A stretch of 64,000 bases of DNA from Leucoraja ocellata (taxonomy: Eukaryota). A program made the translations under genes and the position numbers. The notes under the pieces were generated by a model. That model was given only the letters and a program-made list of their open reading frames with translations. It ran no database searches and was not told the origin of the DNA. The DNA lies in contig JAWMAR010000143.1 in assembly GCA_036785375.1 (NCBI GenBank), positions 3,534,001-3,598,000 on the forward strand. Reading direction: 5' to 3'. Position 1 is the stretch's first letter. The number at the start of each line of letters is the position of its first letter. Positions 24,201 through 38,210 of this stretch are shown here, in pieces.

Positions 24201-26701
24201 TTTCCAACGTAAAGTCGATGCAAGAATATATAAAACTTTGTAGGCTTTGGACTGAATTAAAATGTAACCATACATGTGCAGTAGATTACTGAACTATAAT
24301 GCACCTTGCTCAGAATGCTTAAATATTATAATAATTCACATTGTAATTTTTCTTGTCTATCCACTAGTTTTTACATTTTTGAGAAATAATCTCTATTTAT
24401 CTAAACTGGCAATTAAAAAAAAAACGACCTCCCCCGCCTCACCCCCCACCCAATTGCAAATTGATTTACAGATCTCAGTCCTGTTGCAACACAAAGCAGC
24501 AGAGAACAGATCTGAACTAGTGGCATCTGAAGGCCACAGCAAAGGACATCAATGTGGTGACATAGTATCACCACACTGGCATCCCTTGTTCCATGCATGC
24601 ACGCAACCAAGGTCAAATACTGACTAGGTTTTCATTCACGGCACTAACGTATCTATATTAACTCCACAAACTCACTTTCGACAGGACTGAGTTCTTTAAC
24701 TTAGAATGAGTTCTAGAGTTGGCATTTGTGGCATATTCACAATAAACACTTTGGTGCAGAATTGATTTCTCAATCCATTAATGGAAAATGGCGAAAATAT
24801 TTAAGAGATTTCTTTCTCTGTACTAATATGATTTGATCAAATGAACTCCGTGTTTAAGTTAAGAGATTTTCAAACAAAAAGTTTAGACCGAGGTGAAAAA
24901 AGTAACAGGGACGTTAACCCTTTTAGCACTTTATGAAACGAGTTTGTTAAAACAAATCAATTGATTTTAAATTGTGTTTAGGAAGAAATAGTTTGTTCTG
25001 ACTTTCTCTCCCCAATCTTTGTGACACGATAGGAGGAGGCATATATCTGCTTAGGTAGTCATTTAATAAATTTGAGCTTCATTATTTGTTTTGGCAGTTT
25101 GAAAATCTCCTTTTCAGGACAGATTGTTACCTACGTGTAGATGATTTTAGTAAAGGAATTCAGTTAAGCTTGAAGAATTACAGGCCAGATGTCGTGTGGC
25201 TGGAAAAAGGTTGGTAAATGAAAATTCACTTTAATCTAAAAATCCTCCAAATGTTCCCACCAATGCAACATTTTTTCATTAATTTATATCATTAAGCAAA
25301 ATCCCTTCCAGCCTGAACTGCTGTGGCCTAGTTTATACAATGAAAATCCGCAACTTTATTCAGCAAAGGGAATGTGAAATGCACACGATTACATAATATT
25401 TTTTAAAATTTTCTGCTGTTTCAACAGATTTTGCATCTACTTCATCGTAAAAGTGATGCTACTTTTGTTTTATTGTTTAAAAACACTTTGTGCAGCATTT
25501 GGTTTAAACAAAAGAATAAGACAGATGGCAGTTTTGCTCAGAATTTTTTTTTCATTTTCCTTTGTGGGCTTTTATATTAACGTGTTTGATGTAAAATTTA
25601 TAGTTATTTATCTAACTATACGGTTTTGACTAGTTTAAATGAAAATAGCATACATATAAAGAAATGTTTATCAATACCTTGTTATTGTTTATGCTGTAAT
25701 CGGCGAGAGTAGTTAACTGTTTTTACAAGTAACTTTTATGTTATTGATTGAAATGTTGATTTCAAAAGTTGATAATGATCACAGGGCTCCCCTCTGAATT
25801 TACAGATTTTTATTGTATTTACTGGTTGGGTAAGGAGGCAGTGAAAATTTGTTTTACGTTAGTATTGAATAACAATTGCAAATAAACTACTTATTAATAA
25901 CTATTCAATACTAATGTAGCATCATCTGGATATAGAATCAAATAATGTGTAAGCATGGTTTTATTATTAATTTTTGTTCACAAGGGTACAGCTCAATGTT
26001 ACAGTTCTTGTGAAAATAGCATGAATTCACAATGAAGAATATGCAGATTTTTTTCTGACTATACAGACTTGCTGTGTTTGAAACCATCTTGTGGAGGGGG
26101 GAGATTTGTCCTCTCTTGCTTTGCACAAAGCCCCCTCGTACGAGTTGTTGATTGGCATTCTAGTGTGTGGAATTTGCCAAATAGGCGGGATCATGCTGGC
26201 TACATCACATGCAAAGGGGTTGGGGACGGAGAGTGAAGAGATCTGCATTTTTTTTTTAATGCTGGCGAAGGTTAATGAAAGCACCCATGCTTTAGTCGAG
26301 GGATCTTTCTCTACTGTTTTGGGAAAGCTCCATAAACAAACTAAGCACATGCAGGGAACGTCTTGAATATTGGCAAGTGTTCTGGATGTCACCTACATGG
26401 GTGCTTTCAGTTATGCCGTCGGCATCTTTCTGACTGTTCCACACAAAGAATTCTCACTGTACATGGCATAAATTTGTCCAAGTCCAGCTCTGAACAACAT
26501 ACTCTGCTGGTCCGAGTTTACAATGGTATTGAATCAATTCTCTGATTTAAGTGAAATGTCTCTCGATTTCTCAATTTGTTTTTTTATTTGTTTACTTTAT
26601 AACAAGAACATTCTAATGTATGTTTCAAGTGTGACAGTGTTTCTTTTGTCAGAATTTCATTTTTGCTTATTCTGTCTCGTCTGTTTTTAAAACTTTTTTA
26701 G

Positions 26702-27289
<588 letters not shown>

Positions 27290-30200
27290 TGATTTTAGTT
27301 TTTAAGAAATGGTTATGCTGCATGTATCCTCACATTAAATTTAAACTTACATAATGGTTGCCTTGTGTGTGTACTTTTCTGTAACGTTAACTTTCTTCTG
27401 CATGCTCTTGAAGATAATCTAGATCCTATCCTGTTGCAAGTGTAGCCTAAACTTGTTAAGCAATCTGTGATTTTGATCAGCATTTTTTGTTTCTTTTGTG
27501 TAATGGTCATAAATGCTCATTACAGGCCGGATCTACAAACTGCTGTTAAACTCTCCAGCTGTGTTTCTCACGCCCTTCATGATCAAACCAGCATTCTCTT
27601 TCTTTCCTCCCTCTCCCACCCTTCATAGCCCAAGATGAAGATGAAAATTCCCATCAGAATTATAATTAGTTTACAAAAGAAAATCACTGTTATTTTTGTG
27701 TGAATGTGATATGTGCAAACCAAAACCTACAGAAGATCAGCAACTGCAAAAAGCATGACCATAAGTTTCAAAATTTGGGTCAGCCAGCGCCCCAGAATGC
27801 TGGCACATGGGTTATGCCATCTTGGAATCAGCAGTCGTAATCAGCAGCTAATAAGGAAGGAGTCTTGTGCTGTTAATTGTCTGCTGCCCAAGTGAAGTGT
27901 CAAACTTTTGATTCGACACACTGCTTACAATGGTAGAATAACATTGTATGCAGCTACAAGTTCCCATGTGTTCTTTTTCAGATATTCTTATTTACAGGTG
28001 CACCATAAGAACAGGATAATGTGTATATATGGTAATTCAAGTGGTTAATATAACAAATTAATGTGGAAATATTTCCTGGATACTTAGGTTTTGTTGCTTA
28101 TGTTTGTCATGTTCAACATAAACAAGAGTAATTCTAAAGTCTTTTGAGGTTTTTGCAATGCTGTTTTAACCGCATCACTGCAAATCAGTGGTCTTCAGAA
28201 TAGCAAGCTCGTATTCAAACTTTAATCTTCAAAATGAAAGTAATTTGCTGTTTGGAACCAGTTATTTTCTGAAACATTTTGAGTTTAGGAAATATCTGGG
28301 ATGGTTGTTGCCACCTTGTTTGTCAGGAGTGCTTTGACAGGTTAGAAACACATCAGCTTTGTAATCAATGGCTCTGGAAATAACAGAGATAACTGCTGAA
28401 GTTTGATCACATTAAAGCAGTCCAAATGTATTGGAAAATATATTCAGTTCCATCCATTCACTGTGCACTACCTTTTTATCTTAAATATGAAGTGGCAAGA
28501 AACAAACAAGTTAATATTGTTAGTAATACCTAAAATCTTTACTCTGATGTTTACTAAAATAAGCAGAGTAAAGCACATACACACTGCTCCTTAACAATAT
28601 GCATTTTAAAATTAGATGCTTACTGTCGATTGCACACAGAAAACCGCTTGGACCCACATTTGGCCTGCTCGGAAGGTTCAGGGGTTTTCAATGGACTGAG
28701 CAGCTGCCAGTGCTGGCAGAAAGCATGAACTCTGAAAGTGCTTTGTCCATCATGCCAAAGCCAACATGGGAATACGTGGCCACTTTTTTTCTCGCTGAGG
28801 CTTGGCTCTTTCCTGTAGTCTGATTCTGAAGCCATGTTTTGGGGAAGAGTCGTTACATCGCTATTAGGTTTTTATTTGAAAATCACCAAATTACATTTTC
28901 TTCCAAATTTGAAAAGAAGAGTTTTCTGATTTTTACTTCAGATAACTGAAATTTTCACCAACTGTTCAAAGCTGTTAATAAATTAATAAACCTTTTCTGC
29001 CAAATTAATTTAGCAATTCAGCAGTACACTAGCTTTCTGAAATTAATGTAAAACTGTGGAAACCAAGACAATGAATTACTGATAGCAAAAAACATGGTGA
29101 CGTTTGGAATTATTTTGCTGTCACTATTAATTTCATGGCCAAAGTGCAGTTTTAAATATTATCATTGCTGGAATAACTTAAGGCACAAACACATCTAATA
29201 TTTTTAACATTTGAAACTGTAATCAGTACATATTACCTTAAAACATGTTATGGCTTGAATTCAGGGAGTGTTTGATTCCAGTTAATTTAGGATAGAATTG
29301 TTCTAGAGATCCCGAATAGGGAAAGCACCAGGGTCTTGTATTTAATCAATTGTTCCAAATTTCTAATTGTTTTGCATAGTAATTTACTTACAAGCCAGTC
29401 AGAGAACTTTCTAAAACTATTCCAAGCGATATCTCCTTTGTGGAAGAAGTGTGGGATTGGAATAATGAACACAGCATAGCAGCGAGGGGGAAACGCATGA
29501 CTTTTTAACATATACTAAAGATTGCAGAGGTGTCCTATTTGACGGCGTTGCATGCCATATAATTTGAAATTATCAGCATTTTTAACAATTCAGTTTATTG
29601 ATGAAAACAACGTGATCATTCAGTGAAAAAGATAACAGCTTTTATAAATACCAATGATTAAAATAATTCAAATGTTAAATATTCAGAAATTATTGTAGTG
29701 TTTGCTATCTTCTTACAACACGCAATAGTTATTGTAACTCAACAAGATCATTAAATGCAGTAAAACTGATAATTGAACAGTCTTACATGATGTAGTTATC
29801 TTTAATTTGGTTTGTAGTTAACAGATAAGTTCTTTGTCGGTCCAGTGGCCTGTACACATATCAAGTTAAACTTGGAAAGATACTGCAATGGACGAAAACA
29901 AACTTTCTTTTGAAAAAGTGCAAGGCACAATCTAATTTATGGCCTGCACCATTAGTAGCTGACCCAGGTCAGAATGGCATCATTTCAGGCACGTGTAAGG
30001 GTCATGACATAAGTTGTTTAGGTCATGACCCAAGCCAACAGGCATTTGACCTCTTAGATAAACGGTGATCTTTGCTTATTAGTGGGCACTCATGCGAGTG
30101 CTGTCTTCAGCTCGTCAGTATTGTTGTGACCCACTGCCTATGCAAACAGTTTGTGGAGAGGGAATCTAGGTTGAAATAGAGTCCGAGCTGACAATCCTCC

Positions 30201-32055
30201 ATAGTCAAGTTTAAGTGGAATGAATATTTAGACCTCAAACTGGCTGATTTTATTTTTAAACATAAGTTTTTTGTTTGTAGCATCTGTTTTATGCCTTTTT
30301 ATTAATTGAAATTAAAGCAACCAACAAAAAGCATACATTGACCTTCAGTAACCAAAGGAATCTTTGGCAGCAAACATCTAATGTACGCTACTTATCATAC
30401 AACTTATTTAAATGTAATTTTTATGCAAATTGGCTAATTTATCTGTTAATACTTTGATAATGCAGCGGATTGTAAGATCCATAAATTGGATCAAGCTGAA
30501 AAGAGGACATTGCGGATCAAAATTAACCTTTTACAGGTTTTTATTTACTTGGTAACCATTCGATCACTAGATTTACTTTACATAAACTGAATGTCTTTCC
30601 TAATGCCCCTTGTTATCTGCAAAGAATTAGGTGAGAAATATGGAAGCTTATGTGTATGCATTACCATCAGTGTTAAAAGATCTGATTAGTGAAGCTAAGC
30701 TGTTCTAGGTAGATGTAAATCTTGAAATTATTTCTGGACCGATGCAACCTTTCCACATTCATAATTAGCAATCCTAGAGTATGTTGACATTAATACCATG
30801 AAGGACTGCGGGACAAAAGATATTGGAATGAGGGCTCAGAAGTGAACAGAAATTTTAGTACAATTAAAATCAAAAAGCTCAACAATTCAGGGTGTAAAAT
30901 CTGTACTGAACAGTGGAAATATGTACTGAAAATTTGAATTTCTCAAGAAACAATATGGTAGAAGTTGTCACAAATGGTAGATCTAGAGAATACATTCTTA
31001 GCATTAGCATCAGTTTAGATTGATATTTTATGCAGAGCTAATGAAAAGGAGGCATAGTATGTGTAAAGAGATAAAGGGTGCAAAAATGATTGAATAGTTT
31101 TTGTTTTTTGGGACAGATTAGACTAGAGAACCTTTGCTAATCCTGTAATGTCATGTTTACCCTCGTGTGTGATTGTAAATCATTCCACAATTAAAATAGT
31201 AATAATATTTTTGCATTATTTATAAGAAAATATCATGCTTATTTAATGGCAATGTATTTCTATGAAAGATTTTTAAATAAGTGGTGTTGAGAGAATTGCA
31301 GTAATTCAGACTGAGAATGGAAAACTCAAATATTTGCAAGAATAAACGTTTTAAACATTACATATCCGAACCGTACTAGTTTAAAATTTGTCATTAATAG
31401 TTGCCCCCAAAACTTTGATGTAGCTAAAACAATATTTTGATAAGGAAGAGCATGTAATTATCTTTAAATCCACAAGTGCAAACTGTTGGGAGGCCCTACA
31501 GGTCCTTGGTTTATAAGTCATCAGCAGCCACATGTTTTATCTTAACAAAGCCTTGAATATCTAAAGGGCAATTTACACCACTTTTGAACGGCAGCAGTTT
31601 TACATTTCCCTTTCTTTCCATGGCATGATGAATAACAATAATTTTCAGCTATTTATGGTGAATGTGGTGGAAACCACACTCTTTGTTGTGGTCAGTGCAG
31701 TACACAACAGGGCTGAACATTTCTCTCGGTTAGAGATTTGGCTTTGCTGCTAGGAGACCCCAGCGCATGGATTGGTGCAGATTTTGATACGGGCTCTAAT
31801 CCACTTCTGCTGCCAGTTACAGACACAGTCTGTGAATTAATGTTGGAATTTGGTTTTGGAAGTTGTTAATGTTAATATTTTCTATTGAAACCATGGCAAT
31901 AATTCTTTAAACTTCTGTGGTTTTCGTTTTAACCTAGTGCAACAATGCAGTCTTCTTTGTATCATATTTTGGTATTTTCAAAAGTCTTGCCTCACTTTCA
32001 AATCTTACTTGATACAAAATAAATTTCCAAAACAATTTGTAAATGGATATAGTTT

Positions 32056-32219
32056 NNNNNNNNNNNNNNNNNNNNNNNNNNNNNNNNNNNNNNNNNNNNN
32101 NNNNNNNNNNNNNNNNNNNNNNNNNNNNNNNNNNNNNNNNNNNNNNNNNNNNNNNNNNNNNNNNNNNNNNNNNNNNNNNNNNNNNNNNNNNNNNNNNNNN
32201 NNNNNNNNNNNNNNNNNNN
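32056..32219. other. Assembly gap
   Basis: Run of N. Confidence 1.
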
Positions 32220-35200
32220 TAAATTTCTTTGTTTTTGTTTATGCATGTTGGAGATTGGGGTGATTGGTACAAAGGCACTAGTCAAACAAGTGGGGCAGAC
32301 AATTGTGTCTCCATAAAGTCCTTAATGTGACATTCTGTCCAGAGAGGAAACTTGTGCCAAGCAGTGCTACATCTGACACGTTGATATTTTATGCATCTGA
32401 CTCTCCTTTTGCTGCTTCAGGCTGACCATTCTCTGAAGATTACGTATGTACATCCACACAGGGCAGTTAATTTGGAAATCCTCTTGAAGGATTAAAGAAA
32501 TTGCTGAACAAAAGAGTGCAAACAAGAGGAAAAAGATAAACTAGTTCGCAAATATGTCGCAACCATCTTCTGGGGAAAGGCGATTATTTTTAAAAGACAA
32601 TAAAGATAAAGATACATTAAAAATTAACTAAAAGCTTATTTAAGAAAATCTCCTTTTTAATATGTTTTCAAGTATATTTTTTATGGGGATTTGATCGACT
32701 TTTGGGACAAGCCTTGAGAGTTCTGTAAAGTGTGTCTACGTGATGGCTGACTAGTATTAAATGTATCCCTTGTCAGAATACAAAATGGATACTGTTTCTT
32801 TTAAAAGAGATAAAATCTCTTCTTGTTGCGTACAATAATCAAAGTTTTTATCTCCATTTTCTGCCTTTTCATGGACCTCAAGCATTTTTTTTCATGGAAA
32901 CCTTTAATTTTCTTAATTCAAAAGAATCAAGATGAAAATCCTGTTGAGATTGAACCCCTTCCTCTAGATGCAAGGGAATATTTTAAAGTGGGATCCTCAC
33001 CATTACTGTTCATTAAAACAGTATTTCCAAAAATAATTGCAATTAATGTTTAACATATTTCTTAATAATTTGCCTATTTCTATTTAATTCAAGTTTGAGT
33101 AAGCATAAGATCTTTTTGATAAATTGTTGCAAGGTATAATGTGAGGAAGGCTGCACAGTTAAAATGATGGTGAGCGAGTTGCACTAATATAATGACTAGG
33201 TTCCTGCCTACCGACCTTCTTTGTACCATTCACCTAGCAGCAGATGACTACTTTTTCTCCCCATGAATGGATCTACGACATCATTCATGTTCAATAACAT
33301 TTTACATCCAGTGTTCGAGAATTTGGCAATTTTGATTTTTCAAAAAAAAAAAAAATTACAACATTTTGTTTTGTATGGATCATTTTATAGATAATGGCTT
33401 GTCAACTCATTACATATATTTCTTTCTACTGACAATGAATGTATAATCAATCAAATTTATTTTGAATTGTATCATACTATGTTGATATTCTGTTACGAAG
33501 CAGTGCTTGACTATAACAGCTGCCAAATGACATTCCATGTTGCCCATTCAAATAGTTAAGAAAAGCAGAATATTTGAATAACTGTTTGCTGCTTAAATAA
33601 CTTAAATCTAGTACAAAGTGTGGAAAGTTTACTTTTCAGTTTTATAAATTATTTTCTGGAAATCATTGCAACGTGGTATGGCAATGCGTTTTTTTTTTCA
33701 CATTGGTTGCATTGAAGTGTTCATGCATTGGCACATCCTGATTTTATTCTTTTGTGCGACCGACTACACAGCCAACATTTTTTTTTAAAAGCTTCCTCTA
33801 TCCCTTCTTGGCAAATGAAAGCTCTGGGTAGTCATGCCATGAATGCTGGTGAGAACAATATGGTTTAATGTTTTTGGAGTTGTGAAATGTTGACAATACT
33901 GGAAGAAAAAAAATGCAGCAATAATAGGTGTTCAAAAATATTCAGTGGATCACGTACAATGCAATTAAAGAGCAGAATAATGTGAAAGATCAATGGGGAT
34001 TTCTGCACAGTTATCACATTTTAGCAAACTCGCTCTGTCCAGCAAATTAGTTAGAGGGATCTTTGATCAATTTTTGAGTTTCATTCTTCAAATCACAGAG
34101 CATGTGTAAGTGGCTTGTGAAATATTTAATTAAACTGGGATTTATTTTCACTTATGTCCCAATGTCTGTTCTCTGCCCCTATCCCTTTGTCTGTCTGTCT
34201 ATTTCCCTTCAATCCAATTACACCCGATGGCTTATACCACGATTATTTCTCCAGATGTTGGCACACAGCTTTGTGGGCAATGACATTTTCAATGGATTTT
34301 CCACCATAAATAGTCTGTTATAATTAATTGACATGAAATGACTTCTGATTTTTCCCCTCCCACGTTGCTAGCTCCCTTCTCCCACAAAGTCCCCCTCCCC
34401 AACTTCCCATTTTAAAGGAGGCCTGCTTCTATCAGTTGCTCCATCTTGTGGTCTAACTGAGAACCAGCAATAAATATCGTTTAACGAGGTTTACAGAAGT
34501 GATTTAAATATATCCTAACTTTACTCTTTTGTCTAACTGACCTTTTTCTTGACTCTCCCAATGTTTTGGTAATTGCCAACATTAGGCAGTATCTTGCATC
34601 ATTCACTGTTTGATTATGAAGAAAATGTGCACCATTACAGGGCTCATACGTAACTTTTTTCCCTGTTGCCAGCCGGGCAACCTTGGCAGTTTTTTAGGTT
34701 GCAAAATGACAGTTTAGGTGGTCATATAAGTCGACTTGCATGACGCGTACGATAATGTGCTCAGACGAAGTGCGTAGTTACCAGTCGGAATTATGCTCAA
34801 TGAAGCATTCACATATTATTTCTGCTTCAAATAAAGTCAAACTAAATATATTCCCCAATCAAGACATGATATATACCACAATGACATGCAGCAAAATTAT
34901 AATACAGTAACTCAACTCTTTTTACACGTTGCAATTAATGCAATTTCTATTATTTCTTTCCACTTCCAAACAAAAATGTGGTTGGATTATTCAGCGTATG
35001 ATCAACTTGTGTCAATAAATCCTGGAGCATGGTAACATATATGCTTAACCATGCACACTACAGATTGATGCAAACATATTCTCTGTGAAGGACCGAAAAT
35101 TATCATGACATGGCCATAGCATAGGTCGTTATTGCTATTGGCACAGAAACACTCTCGCTTCCCACATAATTTATCCACAAAAAATATACAGGTTGCAAGG

Positions 35201-35716
35201 AAATACCAAAACTACATTTTATGATAATAGCTGTTAGAACCGACTATACCCATCTGACAGGTTAACATCACACTAACTAACAAGAGATTGTCAAAGGACA
35301 TAACTGCAGCAAATGTTCTTTTGGTAATATGTTTAAAGGTGTCAAAACGCCACATTACCGGACATTCAGATTAGACGTACGTGTTGTGAACAGCAATGAA
35401 GATACCCAGTTTGTATGCACCAGATTTAAAAAAAGTTATTGATAAACGCTGTTTCCATCATTCCCACTTCAGAATTAATGTTAAAATTTTAACTGAAATA
35501 TCTCCTGACCAAATTTGGGATGTATATGACTGAATGTAAAAGTAAAATCTGGATAAATCCAACATATAGTTGTTAATGTTTTCATTAAATAACTACTGTA
35601 CTGGTACTCCATATTAAGAGCATTGATTTGCCGTTAAAATGAATTCTGTAATAACGTGTCAATGGTAGCAGTGACAATCGAACACTGCGGTTTTAATGTT
35701 TCACGTGTTCACAGGC

Positions 35717-36250
35717 TCAGTACAGGATGAATGGGCGGAGCAGTACAGGGTGAATGGGGTAGAGAAAAATGCTGGAGAAACTCAGCAGGTGAGGCAGCAT
35801 CTATGGAGTGAAGGAAATAGGCAACGTTTCGGGCCGAGACCCTTCTTCAGACTGAATGGGGGGGATCAGTACAGGATGAATGGGGGAGGTCAGTGCAGTG
35901 TGGATCGGAGGGTCTGTACAGGATGAATGGGGGGATCACTACAGGATGAATGGGTGGATCACTACAGGATGGATGGGGGATCGGTGCAGGATAAATGGAG
36001 GGGCTGTCAGTACGGGATGAATGAGGGGATCAGTACATGATGGATGTGTGGGAGCAGTGCAGGATGAATGGGGGAAGCAGTGCAGGATGGATGGGGGTGG
36101 CGGGAGAATCAATGTGAGGTGGATAGGGAGATCAGTGCAGGATGAATAGATGGGAGGAGGGAGGTAGCTGGGTAGGGGAGCACAGAGGATGTCGGTGAGG
36201 ACTGAATAGAGGCAGGAATGGGGATCAGTGTGGGATTGAGAGGAGGGGTC
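35717..36250 (+). repeat. ~22-bp G-rich minisatellite (CAGTACAGGATGAATGGGGGGAT)n
   Basis: More than 10 degenerate units running into the gap. Confidence 0.85.
35760..35853 (-). mobile_element. Short Penelope-terminal-repeat element inserted in the minisatellite
   Basis: Near-identical reverse complement of 57934-58025; flanked by TGAATGGGG on both sides. Confidence 0.85.
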
Positions 36251-36386
36251 NNNNNNNNNNNNNNNNNNNNNNNNNNNNNNNNNNNNNNNNNNNNNNNNNN
36301 NNNNNNNNNNNNNNNNNNNNNNNNNNNNNNNNNNNNNNNNNNNNNNNNNNNNNNNNNNNNNNNNNNNNNNNNNNNNNNNNNNNNNN
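36251..36386. other. Assembly gap
   Basis: Run of N. Confidence 1.
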
Positions 36387-36839
36387 AGATGGAGAGAGGG
36401 AGACAGAGGAGGTGGGGAGGAAGGAAGGTCAGCACTCCTCAGACAACACCGGCATCATTGCCCCGCTGCCTTGGCCTTCCCTGTCCGCCACCAAAGGGGG
36501 AGGCAGTTGGGATCTCCTCGCCACCACCTCCCCTCCTCCGCCAACCAACAGCAAGGTTCAGACAGCGGAAGGGGGTCTCCCGCTCTCCCGCGCTCGCTCG
36601 TTCCCTCCCTCCCTCCCTCCCTCCTCCTTACGGCCTCGGCGTGTGTGAGGGTTTGTTTTGAAAGCGTCGTTAGCGGATTTGCAAGCAGCGGCGGCTATCA
36701 GGGCTGGCGGGAGGAGGAGGAGATGGAGCCGCTGTCGCGGCCGCTGCTTCTGCTGTGCGGGGCCCGTCATTCGCTCCGACTCTCCGTCACGCCGACACTT
36801 AGCATCTTTCCCACGCATTACAGCCGTCGCCAACACAAA

Positions 36840-36929
36840 TCGTCACGTTCCTTTTCTCCAGAGATGCTGCCTGACCCGCTGAGTTACTCCAGTTTTTTGT
36901 GTCTATCTTCGGTATAAACCAGTATCTGC
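36840..36929 (+). mobile_element. Short Penelope-terminal-repeat derivative
   Basis: CGTCAC..TTCTCCAGAGATGCTGCCTGACCCGCTGAGTTACTCCAG...AAACCAGTATCTGC. Confidence 0.8.
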
Positions 36930-37691
36930 GTGCCAAGCCGGGCAAAATGACTCGGCGTTGGTTGCCCGACGGCACTTTGGGTGGTCATTGGCACCCGGGC
37001 AACCGCTAATTTCGAACCCTGCATTATTATGAATTAAAATATAATGCATTTTTTCATTTCTATGTTAAAATATTTAGGTCAAGCCAGTTGTTTTAAAGAG
37101 TCCATTACTTAAAGCCTATTCCACAAGTTTGATGGTGCAAAGAAGCCATTATGTTTTGAGGTTCTTCAGTGATGGTTTAGCAGTTAGAAGGCTCTGTAGT
37201 AAGAGTGATATCAAGAATGGCGTATCACTCAATAGTATGGGTTATAATCAGGGGAGTTTTGACAAAGAGGTGGGTATTGCTGTGACAGATGCTGGAAAAC
37301 ACAACCAGTGCTAGCTATGTCCATTTATTTGTGTTGTTCTCTGAATCTTCCTGACTCAGGTTTTGCCTATTCATCGATTAACTTAGAGTGTTGGTGGTGT
37401 ATTGTGGGTTTCTCCATGCCAAGAAGGAGGAGTGTGGTTTAGTATATGGAAGGTGGGCGACTGCAATGCATTTCTATGTTTTAATTCAACAGCCCTTATT
37501 CTCCCAAAACCCCAGGCATTGGAGCTCAATGACACTCTTTCACAAATGTCTTATATGGGTCTCTACATTAAAATAGATCAATTTGACACAGTGGGATTGC
37601 TGTGGATATTTCTATCATCTGACATGAAAGAGAACATTGACCACCCCCCCCCCCCCCCCCTACTTCCCACACTAGATTTAGTGTTGTTCAT

Positions 37692-37966
37692 TCAACAGCA
37701 CTAAATCCAGAATTGCCTTTTCTCTGGTCGGCTCCATTAAAAGCTGCTCTAAGAATCCATATCGGAGGCACTCTACAAATTCTCTTTCTTGGGGTCCTGA
37801 ACCAACCTGATTTTCCAAGTCTACCTGCATATTGAAACCCCCCATCACCACAGTGGCATTACCTTTGTTACATGCCAGTTTTAACTCCTGCTGCAACTTA
37901 CACTCAACATCTGGAGTACTATTTGGGGGTCTGTAGATAACACCAATTAGTGTCTTCTTGCCTTTG
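37692..37966 (-). mobile_element. CR1-type LINE AP-endonuclease domain fragment
   Basis: ORF 37678..37998: LIGVIYRPPNS, VVMGGFN (GDFN motif), FLEQLLMEPTREKAILDLVL. Confidence 0.9.
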
Positions 37967-38079
37967 CAAAACAGACAAAAAACAGACAAAAAAATCATTT
38001 TGTTTCTTTCAGCTACTTGTATAGATGATATTGAGGATACAAAAAGTCATCAGAAAATAATGGATATTATATTTTAAAC

Positions 38080-38210
38080 AAGGTCATAAGAGAATAGGAG
38101 TAGAATTAGGCCATTCGGCCCGTCAAGTCTACTCCACCATTCAATCATGGCTGATCTATCTCTCCCTCCTAATCCCATTCCCCTGTCTTCTCCCTATATT
38201 CCCTGACACT
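38080..38210 (-). mobile_element. CR1-type LINE 3' tail
   Basis: CATAAG..ATAGGAGTAGAATTAGGCCATTCGGCCC...TTCAATCATGGCTGATC. Confidence 0.75.

Larger units (their letters stand above)
34638..37021. mobile_element. Non-autonomous hAT-like DNA transposon (~2.4 kb)
   Basis: Termini CAGGGCTC...GAACCCTG; subterminal GTTGCC/GGCAAC motifs at both ends; flanking 8-mers CACCATTA / CATTATTA (6/8 match). No transposase recognised. It spans a gap, so the ends could belong to different copies. Confidence 0.65.

Noticed and set aside
31934-32285. ORFs spanning N runs (also 36109-36661 and 62062-62413)
   Set aside because: Artefacts of assembly gaps.
35717-36250. CRISPR-like array
   Set aside because: Degenerate tandem units without unique spacers in vertebrate DNA; it is a minisatellite.
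36218-36917. Overlapping Pro/Arg-rich ORFs
   Set aside because: By-product of GC-rich low-complexity sequence and an N gap inside a transposon-like element.
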